Under the pieces are notes generated by a model that was not told the DNA's origin, ran no database searches, and saw only the letters and a list, made by a program, of their open reading frames with translations. Of a DNA stretch of 64,000 bases, positions 48,965 to 62,500 are shown in pieces (the first letter of the stretch is position 1; every line of letters begins with the position of its first letter). Location of the stretch: contig NC_135766.1 in the NCBI RefSeq assembly GCF_052425735.1, positions 310,001 to 374,000 of the forward strand, in the 5' to 3' direction. Made by a program: the position numbers and the translations under genes. The stretch comes from Oculina patagonica. Lineage: Eukaryota.

Positions 48965-50194
48965 TTTTAAGAAAAACGACAATTTTTTTTAAGTTTCAAA
49001 GACATGTTTCGACAGAGCATCTGTCATCTTCAGTTGAATGGTTTACAAAGCACAGTGAGTTGAATAATAAGTAGAAAAAATGCTAATTAAGACAAGTAGT
49101 AACAACAGAACGTGAAAATGTGTGAATTAGAAGGATAATTTTAGATTGACATGGTGTAATTGCTGATTGAGGCAAGGTAGTTCCTTTTGAATATGGATAG
49201 CCTCCTTTATCTTAAGTTGAAAGCTGGTAGAGGCGTGATCTAAAATATGAAAGCTATCTATTGAACACAAGGAGCGACAACGTTCAGAATTCTGAAGGTG
49301 TTTGAAAATGTGGGAGGCCTTATCACTGGCTAAGTGCTCATGCACGCGTGTGGCAAAATGTCGGGTGGTTTCGCCGACATAACAGGCATTACAGCCCGCA
49401 CATGCAAACTTATAGACCACACGTGAACGGAGACCGCCGGGGATAGGGTCTTTCACTCCAAAAATATTACCGATCTTAAAAGAAGAAAAAACTAGTTTGA
49501 TATCTAAATCATTACAATAGCGCTTAATTAAGTGTCTAATCTTTTTCTGAGAGACGACAGAAAAATAGCCTACGTACGGCAGCTTAAAGTAAAATGTGGG
49601 CAAAGTAGTAGGGAGGGAAGCCCCGGGACAATGGTTGCTATGGATACCAGTGATGTAACGGTTAACTACTTTTTCAATTAAATGGGCAGGGAAAAGGTTC
49701 TTTTTTAGAATTTCAGTAAGCTTGGTTAAGTCCTCGTGTAACCCCAACCAGGTGTTATTGATCTTGTATGCCCGGTCGACAAGAGTTCTAATGAGACCTA
49801 CTTTGTACGTAAATAATTAGTTAATAGCCCAGTAAAGGTTTTCTTGCGGTAAACTCTAGTAAGGAAAGAATTAGGGTCATTATTATCAATAAGAACATCA
49901 AGAGAGGGTAATTGGCGATTGAGTTCTTTTTCCATTGTAAACCTTATGTTAGGGTGCCTAGAGTTAATGTAGTTAAAAAATACAACAGCATCGTGCTCCG
50001 AGTGAAATAAACAAAAAGTGTCATCAACATACCTACGATGGCTCTGAAATTTTATTTTATCGTAGGTATGTTGATGACACTTTTTGTTTATTTCACTCGG
50101 AGCACGATGCTGTTGTATTTTTTAACTACATTAACTCTAGGCACCCTAACATAAGGTTAAAGAAACTTAAAAAAAATTGTCGTTTTTCTTAAAA
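48965..50194 (-). mobile_element. 5'-truncated Penelope-like retroelement (RT C-terminus plus GIY-YIG endonuclease) with 5' inversion
   Basis: VVYKFACAGCNACYVGETTRHFATRVHEH (GIY-YIG); RRYVDDTFC RT motif; ~98-bp inverted duplication (~49941-50039 vs 50059-50157); inverted terminal segments 48965-48997 and 50162-50194. Confidence 0.88.
48995..49039 (-). ncRNA. Minimal hammerhead ribozyme motif in the Penelope terminal repeat
   Basis: Minus strand UUCAA-CUGAAGA-U-GACAG-augcu-CUGUC-GAAAC-AU-GUC-UUUGAA. Confidence 0.6.
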
Positions 50195-50305
50195 TCTTTA
50201 CGTGTCTGCTGTTCTCAAGACCTTATTTTTATTATAATGATTCCCATGAAGTCCATTTAGCGAAAATCTCTTTTAACAGACTCGCGTAGAATTTGTAGGC
50301 ACATT

Positions 50306-53300
50306 TTAAGTCTTCACAGGAAACTGTAGAAATCAAGATAAAAGTAGAAGTCTACTTTTAATTTATGTAAGCAATTGTATGAAACGAAAGTAATGAGATT
50401 AACCTGTTAATTGGAAAAGAAAGTCATATACAAAAAAGCAATTTTGTTTTAAAGACGCTTCAGTTGCGTCGAAGCGATGCGAGATGGACTTCAAATAAGA
50501 GTAAATCTCAGAATCTGAGAGAGAACGTGCGCATTTTCAAACTGCTCACTCGCCTGTCCAATGCATCCATATTACTATTTGCATGTTGAGCAATCAGGGC
50601 AGCTAAACCAATTAATAGTGTTTCTTTTTAAAGATGAGATATTCCATTCATACCTGTTCGTTTTCAGGTGTCATTAATTGACCCTGTACATAATATGGCA
50701 GCGTCGCATCCTACTGTTGTTGGTAACCTGTGGCCATGGCTACAGATGATTGATCTCCCACCGCTCCAGAAACGGGTACCACAACAATTTGAGTTTGGCC
50801 TCCCAGTGTTCCCGGTGTGACAGTTTGGACTGCAACCATGCCACCACCTGTTTGCATTGGAATGGCCACAGGAACACCACCAGGCTCTTGAGGGATGACG
50901 TAACCAGCCTTGGCAGTGTACATCGCTTGCCCCTGATGACAAAAAAAAATCAAACTAAAATAAGGCAAGAATTCAACAAAGCAAATATACAAATGCATTG
51001 AATTAAATAAACGTTTTCTTGGCTGGGTGGGACTAGTTTTGTCCTGTGTTTCGAATAATACATAAGTAAATACCTCGATGTTTTGAAAGGCGTCAACGAT
51101 TTGCAAGAAACCTTTTAAAACGCTTTACCAGAGGAAAAAAAGATTGGGAACATATCTTCAGCACTTCTCAATGCAATTGCATAATTTTCTTGTTTTTTTT
51201 TTTTTTCGTATTTTATTGGCACTGTTTTCACCTGAAAGTTCCAAAGAAAAATGATTTATCTCTTGACGTGTGTGTATCTCCTACAATAAATAACGCCCAA
51301 ACTTAACAAAATCACACTTTAATATTTAACCGTACTGTGATTTCACTTGTCGATTGCTTAGTTAATATGCAAATAATAGTGTACTTGTGTATGTTGATAC
51401 ACTTTCTGATTGGTTGATTCCCAAAGGCAATCAGCTGGTACGTCAAGACATCCTTACGCAAAGAACATTGGGAAGACAGGTGTCATATAAAAATTTCCCT
51501 TATGAATGAACGAAAGGCCACTAGGAAATTATCATCAAAATTCAGAGGGGAGTGGTTTTTATCCACAAGTGCCCACCCAAGCAAGCAAACGAAATTAACG
51601 TTTTTTAATGGTCGCCTTTGTCGTTGTTGTTGTTGCGGCTGTTTTTGCTGTTATCGTGGTTGTCGCTTTTGCTGTTGTTATTGTCGTCGTTGTTGTTGTT
51701 GCTGCCGGGGAAGCTCACCTGCTGTGGTTCAGTGTTACAGCAAGATGTGCAAGGGTTCATTAAACAGACGCACACGGCCGCCCAGATCCCAATGACAAAC
51801 TCAACAACACCAAGAATCAAAATAATAGCACTGAGAGCCATTTCTGTGTCATGTTTGCTGCTGTTTCTTCTATCATATCTGTTATACTCGTAGTCGTAGT
51901 AGTTGTAGTAGAGACCATCGCGATATAAGGCAATTACTGTGCTGTAGCTGCCAATGATAACTGCACCCAACACAGCTGAGGTGGTGGGGAAGCCCATGAA
52001 AACACCAGACTAGAAGTTAAACGAAGGTCAAACTACAAATGGAAAAACACCAAATAGTGAGTTCTTAGTGTATACATCTCTTTTACATGGGTAAGTAACA
52101 CACCCCTACAAAAAGAAATTCTACAACTGCCAATACGCCATAGTCAATTCAATATCCTGTTGGTAATACCAGAGGCTTTTTACCTTTGTTTCTGCAGGTA
52201 GTTTAATCAGAAGGCAAAATAGAAAGTGCGAGAAGTTGCTTGATATTATGCAGAAACAAGCCGTTCACCAGTGTGTAGTTCTCTTGAACTTATAAAACGC
52301 TTTTGTGTACCAGGTTTCAATTTAAAAGCAATATACTTAGTATTTTGAAAGAAGGTCGTGTTAACGATGTTGGTTGTAACTTTTGATTCTCTTGGTGAAA
52401 ATAATATCTGTGTGTCTATTCACCTTTAATCTACGGAGTTACTTTTGCGCGGTGCTGATTGTTTTTTCACTATTCACTACTGGAGACTGATAGACATCGG
52501 AGCTGCCACATCATTTCCTCTACAATTCCATGGCAAAAATCTTAAACAATAAATGTCGCAGCAAACAAACAAAAAAAAAACAACAACAACAAGGCAAAAC
52601 CAAATACCGCACAATGAATTTGTATTTCACAATTTCTCAACTTACAAAAGCACAGCGAGAAGAGTTTCGTTCTCTGCTAGTCCCAGGGATTCCCAGGCCC
52701 CCAGTGACGCACATCTGCATACAACAATGTTACATAGTAAGGCAAAATCTGAAAGGATTGCTATCAAATAACAATTAGTAGAACATCAACCGTGTTCTAT
52801 TGAAAATCCGCGAATCTGATTGGCTGATTCAATTTTGGCCGACATTATTAACTAAGCTTACAAAAGATAATTGTTTTTGTTACTAGTTAAATTGCCAACC
52901 ATTTGCATTAATATTGTACAATCAGATACAAACCGTGGTTGTGCTGTCCTTTACAAGGTGTCGTCAATCTTGAGTGCACTTTAAAGGTTTGTTCTCATAT
53001 GATCTCCCCAAAGGTGTCTGTCGCATCGATCGGTTACAGAGTGGGACGCGCACGATCATAGGCGATCGAAGCGATTAGAAGCGATTGGCGGTTCTCAAAT
53101 GACTGTCCCAATCACCCGGTATATGGAAAGACTTACGAAATACAATCATTTTAGCCCTAGATCCAACACAATGGCACCTTTCAATGAAGGGCAAAACTCA
53201 GTTATTGCAGTTTTACGGCAAAGAAGGGAAGGAGAAGCTAGCAGAATAGAACACGGACGATCCACGCGATCAAGATCGCTCCAACCGCCGCAGACGTTAG

Positions 53301-54835
53301 CGATTGTTTGTGTTATGTTCACATATCTCGCCCCGATCGCAAGAAAACTTTTTGAAGTGACAGAGGCAATAGAAACGATCGGGGCGATTATATGAGAACC
53401 AACCCTTAAATAGTATAATATCGTAGACCTGTTTCTGTAAGGCTCTCTCCATTTTCTCCCCCTCCACTAACCAGCAACTTCTTTCTCTTCTAAGATTTCC
53501 GCATGCATGTGCGATAAATTAGAACTCCGAGAAAAGTGAAGAACTAGCAAAGAAAAGTAACAGAGGCAGGAAAGGTTCTAAAAAGAAGAAGGATGGATTG
53601 CATGACTAAAACCTTAAAAGTTTTATTAGTACAGTGGAACCCCGATATAACGATCTTCGATATAACGATATTCCCGATATAACGATGAATATGTTATGTC
53701 CCGGCAAAAGTAAAATGTATGGGAAGGAACCCCGATATAACGATTCCTCGATATAACGATGTAATTTTACTGCCCCCTTTGCATATCGTTATATCGGGGT
53801 TCCACTGTATATTCCTTGTATTGGCCCCATATTTCATCAAAGCAAGGTTTGCCTATCTTTATCTGTAAATTTTTGGGAAAGTGTTACTCGGCTTATGCCG
53901 TGCAACTGTGAACAAAAAAAAAATCAAATGCAAACTTTAAATCTGTTTTGTTTGAATTAATTTTGCGTTTTCGTCCAAACTGCAAAGCGAAACAATCAGA
54001 TGTATATTTAAACCTTTTATGCCGCAATTAAAGTGGCACAATATAATTGTGATATCGACACTATTTTTTTTGTTATAAACCAATACAATATATTTTGTTG
54101 TGAAGTCATGTTCCCAACTATCTAAAGTTCCCAAACAAGTTGTTCCCAGCAAGAGATCTATGAACCCCCCGAAATAAGTTTTTTTTTTTGCTCACGGCCG
54201 GTTCAGGCATTTCAACGGCAATAAACGTCTGGAAACGTTGAGCAGCGGCTGTATTCACAGACTTGGGATGTACTGGTATTGAGTTGAACAGACGAGGTTT
54301 TGTTTAACGCGGCTGGAACCTTTAGGCGTGCAGAAAAGGGCACAACTTTGTATCCAATGCTCGTTCAATTTCTACGTTTGCTGATTGAGAAAACTTTCAC
54401 GTTGTCCCTTGAAACAGAACTATAAACCAGAATTGTATTGCTGCATTGTTCGGTTTAACCGGTTTAACCGCAGACGTTTAAACCTTTGATCATTCGGTAA
54501 TGGAGTTGGCACTATACCGAAATGAAAGCTCTGTTTTAATGTTACTCTCGCAATACCAATCAAGATCAGAAACAACTAACGTCAAAGTAACAAATTAAAA
54601 TTGCACATGGTCGCCTCTCAAATTAACTTCGATATCTCGTGAATTAAATATCCTACAGGGCGTAAATAAAACTTACCCAAATACCGATCCACACCCCAAA
54701 ATATCCATAACCTGTCCAAATGTATTCCACAAGACGGTCTGCGATGCCAAAGCAGATGAGAAGAAAGCCGACAATGATGTGTACCATGGCAAGAATCCTT
54801 GCCATTTTGGCAACTTTTGCTGAACTTTCCGCCAT
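50306..54835 (-). CDS. MS4A-like copy G (divergent; premature TAG in exon 4)
   Basis: Exons 54835-54677, 52714-52646, 52009-51719, 50932-50654, 50323-50306 (FPVKT*); in-frame TAG at 50713-50711, after which the frame stays open to ENEQ|GTATGA. Confidence 0.8.
52985..53406. mobile_element. Harbinger-type MITE
   Basis: Imperfect TIR AGGTTTGTTCTCATAT / ATATGAGAACCAACCCT flanked by TAA. Confidence 0.6.
53632..53807. mobile_element. Tigger/pogo-type MITE
   Basis: TA TSD; perfect TIR CAGTGGAACCCCGATATAACGAT. Confidence 0.9.
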
Positions 54836-56571
54836 GCTTATACCGTCAGATTAGACGTATATTTGACTGCCCAACGCTAATAGAGCCCCTTGTACAAAGT
54901 AGGTCATGTTTAAAGTGTTATTATACGCGACGTGCCACTGAAACGCGCCAAAACACATACTGTATACACTTCGTACTGCAGATCGTGCAGAGTTGGCAGT
55001 TAAACGAATGATTTGCCTTCCTCATAGTAGTCATAGTCTATCGTGGTTCGTTACCTTTATTGTAAACAAATTCTCCTAGAAAAGTTTCCGATTACCAAAA
55101 AGTTTTGATTTATTTAGATGTTCCTTAACGTCAAAATAAATTTGTTAATTGTCCGGGAAGACCTTTCACTAGAAAAAAAAGGAAAAAAAAACCTTTGACG
55201 ACTCCCTACGATCCAACAAAGGTTCGAGCTATAGTAGATTATAGGAAAAAGGTAAAGGTCGATTAGCTTTTGTTTTTTCTTGACAGTATATAAAGAAAAA
55301 AGACGTTTTTCGAACACAATCAAGTTACACAGATTGATTGAAATTAAATTTTGTTTGCAGCTGAAGAGTCGTTTATGTCGTTTAAGTCATCAAATGTCTA
55401 GGACAGGGTTGAAAGGTAGGTAAATAAAAAGACCTTTCAAAACACCCCCGGATTTGGTTGTATTGATGAACACTTTCCATATTTTTAGCGTGTCTTCCAG
55501 ATATCGCGCGCACGCCCGTCATATGTTCTATATTACGATGACCAAGCCTGTTCTGCGTTGAATGGGTCCATCAGACCAGAGCTTATCTTTGTTTCCGTAG
55601 CACAAAACGACTAGAAGTATTTCTACTCATTAATGGATTTATGCTAGTTCTATGCAGGTCTATCCCCCCCCCCCCCCCCCCCCCAGCAGTAAATTCCGGT
55701 ACTCATTTCTACTCCTGGAGAGCACTGTTGGAGTAAGAAACTGTGCAAAAATTATCGAGGGGGGATTGGGTAAGGTGTTAAACGAGATGGGGAGAGAGAG
55801 TTTTCCGATAAAAGGGCAGGAAAAAAAGTGAACACTGTCTGCATATTAAATACGACGTAAAAAAAATGAGAAGAAGCACTGCGCTATTTGTTTTAAAATT
55901 TTCTTTTTTCTTGTTTTATGTTGCAATGTTGCATTAACAATTTCAGCTTAGCTTGCTTTTGTCACATGACTTTTGTCATACCTAATGCAGCAGGAGTTCT
56001 GAGATTGTTTTGGAAGTTAAAAAAACCGAGGCACTTTTAAGGGGGTGGGGGGTAGGGGGCTGGATGACGCTTCACTACCAATTTGTTGCTAACAAAAGAT
56101 TCTAACTGTCATTTTTTGAAAACCAAACCTCCTACGGATAATATTTTTTTCACAGCCGGGTTGTTCTTAAGAGTCCTTCCATATTTAAGTCACGTTACCA
56201 GAACGAAAAACTTTAAAACTCAAACGGCATATACATTTTAAAATTATAACCGGTGCAAATAGGTAACGAACGTCCACATGCATAAAATGTGACTTATCGT
56301 TTTTATCAAATTCACATTATTAGTAGTAAAGTTATGGCCAAAAAAAGTTCGCTTTTCTAGACTTTCTCCACGAGTGTTCTCTTTTCTCGTGTAAACTGTA
56401 ATTGCATACATCAACTTATAAAAAGGCTATTTTATCTCTTTTTCATAGAAAAACAAGTAAAATAAAATAATAATAAAAACCCGGCTCTCTTACTTCTTTC
56501 CTCCGAGTTTTACAGATTAAAATTTCCTACGCACGATTTGGGACTGGCACTAGTTACACACGCGTAGCAGT

Positions 56572-59500
56572 GGACAGGGCTGAATAACGTCTACGCATGT
56601 GCGGGATATTATGGCGCGCGCTCGCGCGCGCGGCCTAAGTACCACAACAACCCTTATCAAAATGGCGGCTTTTTTAAAATTTTTCGTGTAGCACCCGGCT
56701 TTTCGCAAAAAAGGAGAGTTAAACTGAAAACAGTAGCTTAAATTTTTTTAAACTAAGCCCGTAGAAGATAAACCATGGAATAGCTTTTTGTACAATAGGG
56801 TTTAAAGTTTGTACAAGAGGTGAAAAGAGATCGTAAACACGATAGTTCACTCGCGAAAGTTTAGAGGTATCGGAGATGACTGGTTACGCCGTATTATTAT
56901 GGTGGGCTACGTTCACCTTAATGTTTTTGGCAATAACTGCAAGACCTACCGAGCGGGTTTGCTGGTTTACGAAACGGACCCGAGCTGGAGAAGAGTGTCA
57001 AGGTCCCCTGAGGCAGTTTGACGAGGCCATTGCCCGATTCGTGGATGGAAATTTGAATTGTTGGGCCTGCACTCGGCACTGGGTCAGAGCTACTCGTGAA
57101 GCGAACGAATGCTGCGCCTCGCCACTACTGGAACACTCTGCTGAGCTCTCGAATAGAAATATTCCGAGGAGGTTTTACCGCTTATTTGACAGGTTAGGGG
57201 CTAACGTCCCTAATTATCGGTCAGGAACACGCTGGTGTAATAAATGTGCTTCGATCGCAGACAGTGTCTTCTTAAATGAGCCAGACTACATTCCTCCTGT
57301 GAAAGTAAGTGCATTTTTATAATTTCATCGCACTCTGAGTCTGAGAAAGGACTTGAAATAGATAAGGGGGGATGGAAATAATTATTTAGCTATCGTAAAT
57401 AAATAAATAAATGAATAAAGAATACAGAGAACAAACGACTGTAGCCATGTTTTTGTGTGTTTTTATATTTGGTCTTTAATAAAAGTATTTTTTTTTTTTT
57501 AAATGGCATGCATTTTTTTTCGACCCCGTAACAAAAATATTATGGCTATCTACTTTTTCATTTCAGAGAAAGGCTAAAAGCTCTACCTACTCCACTGCTA
57601 AAATCAGTACACAATCATCTGACAAAGACCAGGTAAAGTAGAAACAATAACAATTAATTATTTATTTCTATTTAAAGTCTTGAAAAGAACTTGGAATAAT
57701 TTTCTTTGTAAAAATCTTCTTAGGATAATGCTTCAAACAACTCCAATCAGCTTGACACAACCCTACAAAGCAAAGAATCAACATCTTCAGGTAATTTAGG
57801 TACATGTACATGTACACATTCTTCCACAAATGTACCACTCTTGTGGTATTTATGTATTTGCTTGAATGAATACACCACTTTGTATTACATTAATTTCAGT
57901 TTTGGTATTTCATCAATGGAATGGGGGTTAGAGGATGGCTTTTAAACTAGAACAGGTATTTACCTTTTGAATACAAATAATCAAACTACACACATACACG
58001 GTATTTTTCAGACCTTACCTTTGACCAGCGTGTGACTCAGTGCCAAACAGCTATGTTCAAGTACTATGACACCAGACCAGATGTACCACTCTATGACCCA
58101 GCTGTCATGAGGGACTTTTGTGAGAAGAATGCTCCTGGCCTATTTGACCTTCTGCTAAGATCAATCACAAGAGATGATAACAGAGTATCATCTGATAGGG
58201 AGTCTCTGCAAAGGCAAAGAACAGTGTCACTAATACACATTCTATCTTACTTCAGGTTTGTAGTTTAAAATTAATATCATTCAAGGTGTTAAAGGTACAT
58301 GTACATGTACTTGTAAAAGACTGTGGTTACATGTATTTATTAAGACATTAGCACACTGTATCTTAACAATTTTATTGTTTATAGAATTTCACAAACACTG
58401 CTATAAATAGATGCAACGAGTCTAATAATTTCAGTTGTTTCAAAATTAAAGGTCACAGAAGACATGCCAGCTGCAAAAAGACAGTGGTCTGTATTCATCA
58501 CTTGGTGGATTATCATTACAGGGATTGTCTCCTGGACCAGTGCTAGGCTTCTCAGTTAATCCAAGAACAGTCCAGAATATGAAGAAGGGCATGGCTAAAA
58601 CCCACAACGAGCATGTTACTAAACAGCTACAACAAGTTGTTGCTGTAAGTCAAATTAAACCACATTCTTTTATTCTTTTATGCATGTCAGATTATAAATA
58701 CACTTGCAGAAAATAATGTGCACTAATTTTAGCTTAGGACACAATTCAAGGGTAAAAATTTTTGAACACATTATTTTTCAGCTCAACAAATAATGTGCAC
58801 TAATTTTAGCTTAGGACACAATTCAAGGGTAAAAATTTTTGAACACATTATTTTTCAGCTCAACTGCTTCATGATCAACTTTCTGGATGATTATCATAAT
58901 ATTCACACTAGACATGTTCCAACTGACCTGCAAAAAACCAGTGTTGCACACATGGCCTCCTCGATGTTAGACATACATCCACACATCCCTGCAGTAAAGA
59001 GGACCACTGTTAGTCCACATAGAAAAGTTAAAGTTAGCATTAAGGGCGAAGACAAGATCTGCCTTGGAGGAGTGGACAGTTCTGCTGTATTATTGTACAT
59101 CAACAGAGGGCTAAAAGACATGAGAAACCACTTCATCGATCAGCTTCCAGCTCAAATGAAAAAGCTAAATCCTGGGAATTTCCATAACTTGGTGCAAAAT
59201 TTTAGGTAAATATTATTGGCTTTTGTTATTTGAAGACAGGTTCACTTATAAGTCGACAGGTGTATGCAAAAGTGTGACCAATAGTACATGTATAATTATG
59301 ATGTTGCACTGTCACAGGAATTTCATAACTGACTGAAAAACTACTCATAATATAAATCTTTAAAGTAATGCAAGCTACTGTTTTGTATGTTTCTCAGGGT
59401 TTACAGCCAGCCATATGAACAAGATATCGAAAGCCTACAATCTTGCCAGCTATTGGATGAGTTCGAACAAGACTTGAAAAGTCTTAAGAATTATAAAGAC

Positions 59501-62500
59501 TCTTTAGACCGTGTGATGACAGAATACCCAGACATACAAACGTACCTAGAGAGAAATCTTCTTCCTTTCCCTGCAGACTGGCCTGGCTGGTATTATCCCA
59601 AAAAACTTATAGCTAACAACTGCAGTGGAAAGTACAATTCATTAATACCTGAGCAAGGTCAGTTCCATGTTGCCTTAAATGCTGTGGAAGATACTGTCAT
59701 TATTTTTATGCACTTTTTTGAAAAATTGTTCTCCCATTTATTTGGTGGTACTTTTCCAAAGAAGCCACGTCCATATCAATCGTCACTATGTGTAACTGCA
59801 GCTTTACTTGGCTGGCTTATGGTACGTGATAAAGTCTTGAAGAAGTTTACATTATGCAAGAGCCATGAGTTTGTATCAACACTTTACCTGCTGGATGACG
59901 TTATACCGCTGGTTTATTTCCAGTATCAAATATTTAGAACAGGAAACTTGGAACTCTATATGTCTGTGATGGCACAGATGGCCATCCTTTTTAACATTTG
60001 GCGCAGGAAACACTATGACAAATCAACCCTCTCATTCCTCAGTGACTCTGACTACCAAAAGAACTTTCTTCCTGAATACTGGCAATGCAAACAACAATGG
60101 CTCTACTTATTTGTCGAAAAGAAAGTCGAAATCTGGCATTCAATTCTACGAGCAAACACACAAAGCCATGATTATGCTTCCAGCATCTCAAGAGTAGCCA
60201 AGACCATTGCATCAAGTGCATTTCTCACTAACTTCTGTGGTACATTCGTACCAGGATACATGCGAGGTCTATCACATTTAAATTTTTGGCTCATTGCTGG
60301 GAAATCTGCTGAGTGTATTCTTAAACTCTTTTCTGAAATAGCAAAAAACACCAGGAGAGCTCATGTGGTAAGTATTACTACAACAGAAAAATCTTAAATG
60401 CTAAATTGAATACAAGTAGAAAATTACTGTATAAAAATGAACCTCATGGTATGCAACTAATAAGAAATTACAGTACTCAGAATAATTTGATTAAAATTAG
60501 ACCCGCTTTCAGTGTTACGAGCATAGCTGTGTATAGCAGGTTTCTATTAACGTCCATCTTTCAACGAAAGAAAGCAAATGTAATGCACTTTGAGAAATTA
60601 AAACAAAAACACTTGATAAAATGCACTTCTCAAAGGTTCTCAACCTAATAAAAACCTGACAATCCAAACCTGGAATAGTCATGTCACTTTTTTTTTCAAT
60701 AATGATAATACTCTTGTACATTCCAGATCCCAAGTGAATGCTATGGCAATGGAAAACCAAAAAGCTGGCCTAAATACAAGTTCCCAACATATGGCATAGA
60801 AGCCGAAACCAAGTGCATGCCTCTCTCATACAATCTTAGTATGACATTAGGAAAGGAGCCAAAGCCGGAAGTCTGCTGTGACCTCCCAGAGTGCAACAGC
60901 TGTATCCCTGGTGGTGATTTTGTACGCCTTGCATGTTACCACACATTCCATGTATCATGTTTAACAAGTGACCATTGCACCATCTGCAAAGAACCTTTGA
61001 AAAAACTGATAGAGACTAAAGTCTCTCAGTTTAATGAAGGACTGCTGAAGACAGTATAGAATCAGATGGTGAGCTAGATGGTGAAAGAGAAGATGATGGA
61101 GTTCCACCTACAGTGCTAAACAATGAAGCAAATGAAAGAAATGCAGAGCAATACTACACATCCGGTGATTGGGAGCAGAAAGCAGATGGCATCCTTGCAG
61201 CTATTGGAGAGGTTGAGCAACCACATCACGCCAATGCTCAAGCCTCCTATGCACATTCCCAGTCCCAGTCCTCAACTATTCAAACGCACTCCCTTGTTCA
61301 GCAGCTATCTGTCGGTCCTACCAAATGCAATAGAATCACAAGCTGGCACTTCCCACCACAATATTCTCAATCTACTCTAATTGGCAGACTAGGCAGCAAT
61401 GCATGTACCTTCATTGCCCTCACATACAGCAAACTTTTTTCCAGCTCACCTGAACTTCTTGACAGTACGAGGCCACTTTCAAACACTTGGGTCTACCGAG
61501 TTCTTGCTTCTATCATGCTTGGAAACCAGTTCTATGACAAGGCCGCAGGTGACACTGCACAGCTGTATGGTGTACGCAAAGCAGCCACCAAAATGCAGCA
61601 GACCAATGCCCTTGGAAGCATAAAGACCTCCACTGAGTTTCCAGCCAGCATTATCCAAGAGCAATTGCCATCAGCAAGCCTACCGTACTACTTTAATGCA
61701 GCACGCAACACCACAAAAACTGCTTGTTTGTATATTATTAATGGCAAAACTGTGGCCTTTATTCCAACCTGTCAAGGAATCACCGTGTTTGACAGCCATT
61801 TCCATGGAACAAGTGGTGCATTTGTGGCCGTGGCCCCAGCTGATGCAGCATATGATTTGCTGGCATGGTTTAAATCTGTCAACAGCATCCCACATAATCT
61901 AGGAACTGTCACAATTGTTTCATTCAGTTAAATGAAAATTAAGTTTACAAGTCGAAAACATGATCTGGAGATAAACAATCAAAATTCAGGCACATTCAAT
62001 ATTATATTTCCGGAAATTATTCATCAGTTTTATACAGCAGCAGTTTTTGAGCCAGTGTTTTGGCATTACTGCCAGCAAACGTATTGTACATTTTAGATTG
62101 TACAAGGTACGTGTATAAAGTATTGTAAAACAAGCAAGAACAGTCGCCCTTGTGGGCTTATAAAGTAAGTGAGCGTTTCTTTCAAACAATTTAAACTAGC
62201 GCTATGAAGTTGACATTTTTCGATCACAACGGCTGGATGATCACATTTTTTACTAAAAAGAAAGTACAAGTGGCCAACACAAAGTTTGTAGAATAGGAGA
62301 ATATTTAAACATGCGGTTATTAGACGAACTCAACCGCCGGCCATTCAATCGTCAGTGGAAGATTCGTAAAGCGAACCCGTCAAGCTTGCGTGTACGTACG
62401 TGTTCAATAAATTTTTAAAACGCTTACACAAAAGAAAAGTGTATTTGTTTTGACTAAAAATGTAACAATTTATAATACTCACCTCTTTCGGTAATTTTCC

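Noticed and set aside
51502-51893. Cys-rich, Leu-rich and poly-Asn ORFs
   Set aside because: Translations of a (TTG/TCG)n intronic microsatellite and the antisense strand of exon 3.
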